Origin: Eledone cirrhosa
Taxonomy: Eukaryota
Length of the DNA stretch: 64,000 bases
Direction: 5' to 3'
NCBI GenBank assembly: GCA_964016885.1
Contig: OZ024743.1
Location: forward strand, 332,568,001-332,632,000
The notes under the pieces were generated by a model. The model saw only the letters and a list, made by a program, of their open reading frames with translations, did no database searches and had not been told where the DNA came from. Made by a program: the position numbers and the translations under genes. Shown here one piece after another: positions 56,880 through 64,000 of this stretch; position 1 is the first letter of the stretch, and the number at the start of each line of letters is the position of its first letter.

Positions 56880-56982
56880 ACTCCAGGGGGATTACTTTGA
56901 AGGAGAAAACTCTTAGTGTGAAGTTTGGGTTTGAAATAAATCTTTTGTGACATCAGTCCTGGAACTTTTCTGACACACCTTG
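56880..56982 (-). repeat. Right terminal inverted repeat (103 bp)
   Basis: Reverse complement of 56,096-56,198. Confidence 0.93.
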
Positions 56983-57304
56983 TATATACATACACAGTCA
57001 CACATATATATTAACATACATACACACTCACACATACATATTAACATATATACATACACACTCACACATACATATTAACATACATACATACATACACACT
57101 CACATATACATATTAACATACATACATACACACTCACATATACATATTAACATACATACATACATACACACTCACATATACATATTAACATACATACATA
57201 CACACTCACATATACATATTAACATACATACATACATACATACTCACATATACATATTAACATACATGCAACGCAGATATGTAGACCTTTTAGTTTTATG
57301 TTGA

Positions 57305-57784
57305 AACACACATTAACACACAAACACATATACACTCGCAAACAATCACACATACGTACACATGCATCACCCACACATACATACACATACACAAACATAC
57401 ATATGCATCCCCCACACATACATACACAGACATACACATACACCCACCACACACACACATACACATACGTACACATGCATCACCCACACATACATACACA
57501 TACACATACATACACATGCACCCTCACACATGCATACACAGATACAACACACACACACACACATACACATACTTACACATGCATCCCCCACACATACATA
57601 CACATGCACCCTCACACATGCATACACAGACACACACATACACACACAGAGACACACACATACACACACACACACATATACATACACATACATACACATG
57701 CATCCCCCACACATACATACACATACCCCCACACATACATACACATTCCCCCACACACACTTACACACATACACTTACACACAT
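57305..57784. repeat. (CA)n-rich compound low-complexity repeat with recurring CACATGCATC(A/C)CCCACACATACATACAC units
   Basis: Directly visible. Confidence 0.9.
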
Positions 57785-57846
57785 CAATGTGGTAGTAGTG
57801 TTAGTGATAATATTTAATCATATATAGAGAAACTGTCCTATACTGG

Positions 57847-57854
57847 TATATAAA
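57847..57854 (+). promoter_or_regulatory. Candidate TATA box (TATATAAA)
   Basis: Lies ~80 bp upstream of the candidate ATG at 57,930, with Inr-like TCAG/CCAGT about 30-40 bp downstream. The context is AT-rich, so this could be chance. Confidence 0.3.
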
Positions 57855-57929
57855 TGAATGTACTGTAACTGCCCTGAACATATCAGCCAGTCTTCAGCCA
57901 TTTTTGCTCTGACTGTCTCAACAGTTAAA

Positions 57930-58025
57930 ATGATGTTCAACAAATTCATGTTTTCTACAAATCTTGTAGCTTTGGTATCTTTTATGCTATGCTTTTATAC
58001 TGGAGTTAAGTTGACAGAAGCTAAG
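57930..58025 (+). CDS. Candidate first coding exon of a secreted protein (signal peptide MMFNKFMFSTNLVALVSFMLCFYTGVKLTEA|K)
   Basis: AAAATG start context, hydrophobic core LVALVSFMLCFY, small residues at -3/-1 (T-E-A), then a consensus phase-0 donor AAG|GTAAGC at 58,025/58,026. A possible acceptor (...CTGACTGTCTCAACAG) ends at 57,924. Confidence 0.55.
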
Positions 58026-59108
58026 GTAAGCTGCTTCTCAATATGAACACCGCCACTTCCACCATCACCAACCCATCTTCATAAAGAACATATATATATA
58101 TATATAATTAACCCTTTATCATTTACATTACTCTATATTAACTATTATATTTTACATTATTCTATATATACTATTGTATTTTACATTACTCTATATTTAC
58201 TATTATATTTTACATTACTCTATATATACTATTGTATTTTACATTACTCTATATTTACTATTATATTTTACATTATTCTATATATACTATTGTATTTTAC
58301 ATTACTCTATATTAACTATTATATTTTACATTACTCTATATATACTATTGTATTTTACATTACTCTATATTAACTATTGTATTTTACATTACTCTATATT
58401 TACTATTATATTTTACATTACTCTATATATACTATTGTATTTTACATTACTCTATATTAACTATTATATTTTACGTTATTCTATATATACTATTGTATTT
58501 TACATTACTCTATATTTACTATTATATTTTACATTATTCTATATATACTATTGTATTTTACATTATTCTATATATACTATTATATTTTACATTACTCTAT
58601 ATTTACTATTATATTTTACATTACTCTATATTTACTATTATATTTTACATTATTCTATATATACTATTGTATTTTACATTACTCTATATTAACTATTATA
58701 TTTTACATTACTCTATATATACTATTGTATTTTACATTACTCTATATTAACTATTATATTTTACATTATATATACTATTGTATTTTACATTACTCTATAT
58801 TTACTATTATATTTTACATTATTCTATATATACTATTATATTTTACATTACTCTATATATACTATTATATTTTACATTACTCTATATTTACTATTATATT
58901 TTACATTACTCTATATATACTATTATATTTTACATTACTCTATATTTACTATTATATTTTACATTATTCTATATATACTATTATATTTTACATTACTCTA
59001 TATATACTATTATATTTTACATTATTCTATATATACTATTATATTTTACATTACTCTATATATACTATTATATTTTACATTACTCTATATTTACTATTAT
59101 ATTTTACA

Positions 59109-59216
59109 TTCAAATCCCGCCAAGGTTGACTTTGCCTTTCATCCTTACGGGGTCGATAAAATAAAGTACCAGTAATGCACTGGGTAATTGCTGGCCCTGT
59201 GCCTAAAGTAGAAACA
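59109..59216 (+). mobile_element. 5'-truncated tRNA-derived SINE fragment, copy 1
   Basis: Begins in a Pol III B-box remnant (TTCAAATCC), followed by GGTTGACTTTGCCTTTCATCC...GGGGTCGATAAAATAAAGTACCAGT...CACTGGG, which I recognise as the abundant octopus SINE body (recollection). Confidence 0.7.
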
Positions 59217-59577
59217 ATTATATTTTACATTATTCTATATATACTATTGTATTTTACATTACTCTATATTTACTATTATATTTTACATTATTCTATATAT
59301 ACTATTATATTTTACATTACTCTATATATACTATTATATTTTACATTACTCTATATTTACTATTATATTTTACATTACTCTATATATACTATTATATTTT
59401 ACATTACTCTATATTTACTATTATATTTTACATTATTCTATATATACTATTATATTTTACATTACTCTATATATACTATTATATTTTACATTATTCTATA
59501 TATACTATTATATTTTACATTACTCTATATATACTATTATATTTTACATTACTCTATATTTACTATTATATTTTACA

Positions 59578-59685
59578 TTCAAATCCCGCCAAGGTTGACT
59601 TTGCCTTTCATCCTTACGGGGTCGATAAAATAAAGTACCAGTAATGCACTGGGTAATTGCTGGCCCTGTGCCTAAAGTAGAAACA
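59578..59685 (+). mobile_element. 5'-truncated tRNA-derived SINE fragment, copy 2
   Basis: Identical by eye to copy 1, offset 469 bp, with the same junctions. Confidence 0.7.
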
Positions 59686-61959
59686 ATTATATTTTACATT
59701 ATTCTATATATACTATTGTATTTTACATTACTCTATATTTACTATTATATTTTACATTACTCTATATATACTATTATATTTAACATTACTCTATATTAAC
59801 TATTATATTTTACATTATTCTATATATACTATTGTATTTTACATTACTCTATATTAACTATTATATTTTACATTACTCTATATTTACTATTATATTTTAC
59901 ATTATTCTATATATACTATTGTATTTTACATTATTCTATATATACTATTGTATTTTACATTACTCTATATTTACTATTATATTTTACATTACTCTATATT
60001 TACTATTGTATTTTACATTACTCTATATATACTATTGTATTTTACATTATTCTATATATACTATTGTATTTTACATTATTCTATATATACTATTGTATTT
60101 TACATTACTCTATATTTACTATTATATTTTACATTACTCTATATTTACTATTGTATTTTACATTACTCTATATTTACTATTATATTTTACATTATTCTAT
60201 ATATACTATTGTATTTTACATTATTCTATATATACTATTGTATTTTACATTACTCTATATTTACTATTATATTTTACATTACTCTATATATACTATTATA
60301 TTTAACATTACTCTATATTAACTATTATATTTTACATTACTCTATATTAACTATTATATTTTACATTACTCTATATATACTATTATATTTTACATTACTC
60401 TATATATACTATTGTATTTTATATTACTCTATATATGCTATTATATTTTACATTACTCTATATATACTATTGTATTTTACATTACTCTATATTTACTATT
60501 ATATTTTACATTATTCTATATATACTATTGTATTTTACATTACTCTATATTTACTATTATATTTTACATTACTCTATATATACTATTGTATTTTACATTA
60601 CTCTATATTTACTATTATATTTTACATTACTCTATAGTAACTATTATATTTTACATTACTCTATATTTACTATTGTATTTTACATCACTCTATATTTACT
60701 ATTATATTTTACATTACTCTATATTAACTATTATATTTTACATTACTCTATATATATTATTGTATTTTACATTACTCTATATTTACTATTATATTTTACA
60801 TTACTCTATATTTACTATTATATTTTACATTATATATACTATTGTATTTTACATTACTCTATATTTACTATTATATTTTACATTACTCTATATTTACTAT
60901 TATATTTTACATTATATATACTATTGTATTTTACATTACTCTATATATACTATTGTATTTTACATTACTCTATATTTACTATTATATTTTACATTACTCT
61001 ATATTAACTATTATATTTTACATTACTCTATATTTACTATTGTATTTTACATTACTCTATATTTACTATTATATTTTACATTACTCTATATATACTATTG
61101 TATTTTACATTACTCTATATTAACTATTATATTTTACATTACTCTATATTTACTATTATATTTTACATTACTCTATATATACTATTGTATTTTACATTAC
61201 TCTATATTTACTATTATATTTTACATTACTCTATATTTACTATTATATTTTACATTACTCTATATTTACTATTATATTTTACATTACTCTATATTTACTA
61301 TTATATTTTACATTACTCTATATTTACTATTATATTTTACATTACTCTATATTTACTATTATATTTTACATTATTCTATATATACTATTGTATTTTACAT
61401 TACTCTATATTTACTATTATATTTTACATTACTCTATATTTACTATTATATTTTACATTACTCTATATTTACTATTATATTTTACATTACTCTATATATA
61501 CTATTGTATTTTACATTACTCTATATTAACTATTATATTTTACATTATTCTATATATATACTATTGTATTTTACATTACTCTATATATACTATTGTATTT
61601 TCACAGTAAAGGCTTTATCTCACATAATATCTCACATAATATTGAATCCATGAGATTTTTATATTATTTATTTAAAATATTATTGAAAGTTTATTATAAA
61701 GAAGCAGTATCAGGAAAAAAAAACGTTAATAAACTGTTGCCTTCTACAGTACGTTTCATTTAACTTACGCAACATATTTATTTGTTTACATGCACAGACA
61801 ACATTTAGGAAAACGGAAACAAAATACACAAAAAAAACAAAACAAAGAACAGACATTTTATTTCTATCGTAATCAAGTGCGCTAAACCTATATTGTTTAC
61901 ATTCTGTATTTTTCTACGGATGGGTAGAAATAACAAAATTGCCATGGTGATATCCATCG

Positions 61960-62400
61960 ATGAAGTATGCGACAAAACTGGTCGATGTTCCAAAATGCCA
62001 TATCTGTACGGAACCCGAAAACTCGTTCCGTAATCGTTGGGTCGAATGTGGAACCTGTCACATCTCTGTCTGCCTTCAATGCGCCACAGGCTTCCGGAAG
62101 ATCCCAGGCCAAAACAAGAAACATCATATTGCTACGATGGATAGACTCTGGGAGATGGTCCAGCTAACAAACTCGTCCTTTCAGTGCCTGGACTGTATGC
62201 CTGCTTCTCCCATTGCTGCGGAACAACAACAACAAAAACCGAAGATCGTGTCTTCTACCATTGTTCCCGAACAACAACAAAAACCGAGGATCGTGTCTTC
62301 CTCTACCATTGTTCCTGAACAACAGCAAAAACCAACGACCGTAGCTTCTGCTACTACCCCCGTTGAAGAACCACAACCATCTCCAAACTGCTCACTTTGA
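61960..62400 (+). CDS. LINE ORF1-like protein with PHD-type zinc finger (probably C-terminally truncated)
   Basis: CHIC...WVECGTCHISVCLQC...FQCLDC pattern, followed by Q/P-rich repeats. PHD fingers are known in ORF1 of CR1/L2-group LINEs. Confidence 0.7.
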   Translation: MKYATKLVDVPKCHICTEPENSFRNRWVECGTCHISVCLQCATGFRKIPGQNKKHHIATMDRLWEMVQLTNSSFQCLDCMPASPIAAEQQQQKPKIVSSTIVPEQQQKPRIVSSSTIVPEQQQKPTTVASATTPVEEPQPSPNCSL

Positions 62401-64000
62401 CTGAAATAAAGCAGACTGGAACTGTTACTGCACCGAGTTGCAACGGCCAAACTGGCTTGAGTTCTACGACTCTGGAGATGTCAACACTGTACTCCAGAAC
62501 ATCCTGAGCTCAATATGGACAGCATGTGCAGCATCGGTGCCACGTAAGCGGAAAAAACATCCCAAAAGCGCAATTTGGGAGACTGCAGCAGTCCGTCTTG
62601 CCAGAAAAGAACGGCGCAATGCTGAACATGAGTACAAACTTCACAAATCAGACATTAATAGGGAGAGGCGAAATAGATCGTCCAACCACCTCAAATGGGT
62701 GACAAAAAAGGCAGTGCTTCAATTTAAGCAGCGCATAGCAACCAGCCCTGACAGTAAGGTGTTCTGGAAGTATGTTCACTCCAAGCAAAGGCCTCACTCT
62801 CCAGTTGGTCCTCTTCGCAATCCCCACACAAGCCAGGTTACTGACGACCCCAAGGAATGCGCAGAGCTCATTGCTGAATGCTATGCAGGCATTTTCACTA
62901 TTGAAGACCAGAGTGTACCATCTCCACCACCTATGACACCGGACTCTATTACAACCATGGAATTTACACCTGCAATGCTGCGACGTCACCTTAAAAATAA
63001 ACGCAACCATGCCTCTCCTGGTCTTGATGGTGTTACGTACACTGCTTCTTAAACGTGGTGGGTACTTCCTTCTGCACCAGTTATCACGCTTCTTCCAATT
63101 CTGTCTGAACAACAGTGCTACTCCAGAACAGTGGAAAACTGCCAGTGTCATTCCTCTGTTCAAAAAGGGTGACCGCACATCACCTGTGAACTATCGTCCA
63201 GTCAGTCTTACTAGTTGCATCGCCAAACTGATGGAATCCTGTGTCAGAGAAACACTTTGGAACTTCTGGGGCTCTCACAGTCTTATCCGGCCCTCGCAAT
63301 TTGGATTTATCCCCAACTCCAGCTGCTGTGATCAACTTATAGAGTTTCTTGAGGACATCACCCGGATCACTGATGGCGGCTCATGGGTGGATGTTGTTTA
63401 CCTTGACTTTGCGAAAGCCTTCAATTCTGTGCCACACAAAAGGCTTATGGCAAAACTCTCTGCAATGGGTGTGAAGGAAGATCTTTTTAACTGGTTGAAG
63501 TCCTTCATTCTCAGTCGAAGAGAGGTAGTCACGGTTCTGGGACAGCATTCCTCACCATATGAGATGTCATCTGGTGTACCACAGGGATCTGTTCTTGGCC
63601 CCCTTTTGTTTGTGGCATATATTAATGACATAGATGCCAACTTAAAGAATGCCACAGTACTAAAGTACGCAGACGACATCAAGCTGTACCTTGAGATAAA
63701 AAGGACAGATCCTGAATACTATAGATCTTGCTTGCAGTCTGACCTGGACACAATGCAACAATGGATCTCAGACTGGCAACTCAAGCTAGCTGTGGACAAG
63801 TGCACCACCATGCATTTTGGGAGTAAAAACCCAACGTCCACATACTCCCTCCACAGCACTAATATCAAGAAGTCTTCTTGTGAAGGTGACCTGGGCATTA
63901 CGGTCAGCAGCGATTTGCGTTGGATGAGGCACGTCTCTAAAATTGTCAAGAGGGCCGAGAGTGTCTTAGCATCACTCAGCAAGACCTTTGTCAGCCGCTC
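62393..64000 (+). pseudogene. LINE ORF2 reverse transcriptase, lacking the APE endonuclease; one stop (62,402) and one frameshift (~63,040-63,050)
   Basis: HFD*NKADW...FWKYV...SPGLDG, then in the shifted frame from ~63,042: WKTASVIPLFKKGDRTSPVNYRPVSLTSCIAKLME, QFGF, DVVYLDFAKAFNSVPH, SGVPQGSVLGPLLF (G at 63,573), YADD (63,666-63,677), WQLKLAVDKC, DLGI. This frame is open to the window end, so it is missing from the ORF track. Confidence 0.93.

Larger units (their letters stand above)
56096..56982 (-). mobile_element. Tc1/mariner (mariner-type) DNA transposon, non-autonomous deletion derivative, 887 bp, TA target-site duplication
   Basis: TA at 56,094-95 and 56,983-84 flank inverted termini CGAGGTGTGTCAGAAAAGTTCCAGGACTG...CAGTCCTGGAACTTTTCTGACACACCTTG. 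Internal mariner transposase remnants are present. Confidence 0.95.
55947..57267. repeat. ~26-34-bp minisatellite CTCACA(C/T)ATACATATTAACATA(CATA)nCACA, split by the mariner insertion (parts 55,947-56,095 and 56,983-57,267)
   Basis: The same ATACATATTAACATA core is repeated on both sides of the transposon. Confidence 0.85.
58121..61601. repeat. 29-bp AT-rich satellite/minisatellite, consensus TTTTACATTACTCTATAT(T/A)TACTATT(A/G)TA, ~110 copies
   Basis: Directly visible, with a few 24-bp deletion monomers. It is interrupted twice by the same SINE fragment. Confidence 0.97.
61800..64000 (+). mobile_element. Non-LTR retrotransposon (CR1/L2/Jockey group), defective; 5' boundary approximate, runs off window
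   Basis: PHD-finger ORF1 followed by ORF2 with LINE reverse transcriptase motifs. Confidence 0.9.

Noticed and set aside
54865-57827. Short His/Thr- or Val/Cys/Met/Tyr-rich ORFs
   Set aside because: Translations of (CA)n/(TA)n/(CATA)n microsatellites.
61592-61609. Acceptor-like TATTTTCACAG as exon 2 of the signal-peptide gene
   Set aside because: A phase-0 join would read TAA immediately, leaving no mature peptide.
58174-61653. Tyr/Ile/Leu-rich ORFs up to 413 aa
   Set aside because: Translation of the 29-bp satellite, giving a 29-aa period that cycles through frames.
62164-63982. Minus-strand ORFs over the LINE
   Set aside because: Antisense shadows of ORF1/ORF2 with no recognisable motifs.
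63042-64000. RT as a retron, DGR or telomerase-type system linked to the repeat arrays
   Set aside because: The motifs (NYRPVSL, GVPQGSVLGP, YADD, DLGI) and the PHD ORF1 are typical of LINEs, and nothing in the sequence ties the RT to the satellites.

Overview
Eukaryotic (animal) repeat-rich DNA. It is probably from a coleoid cephalopod such as Octopus, which I infer from recalled SINE/RTE end sequences and have not checked against a database. Bases 1-54,526 are one uninterrupted, purine-rich 39-bp satellite (~1,400 monomers) with nested, layered higher-order repeats. Nearly all ORFs in the ORF track over it are artefacts of a 13-codon monomer. The last 9.5 kb is the array flank: a degenerate ~61-bp repeat at the array edge, microsatellites, and an 887-bp non-autonomous mariner with unusual 103-bp TIRs built from the transposase 3' end. 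Beyond that are a likely host exon encoding a signal peptide (57,930-58,025, consensus donor AAG|GTAAG), a 3.5-kb 29-bp AT-rich satellite carrying two identical SINE fragments, and a CR1/L2-type LINE (PHD-finger ORF1, endonuclease region missing, frameshifted RT) running off the window end. I found no clearly novel multi-gene system. The best leads are the secreted-protein exon, the rearranged mariner and the satellite architecture.
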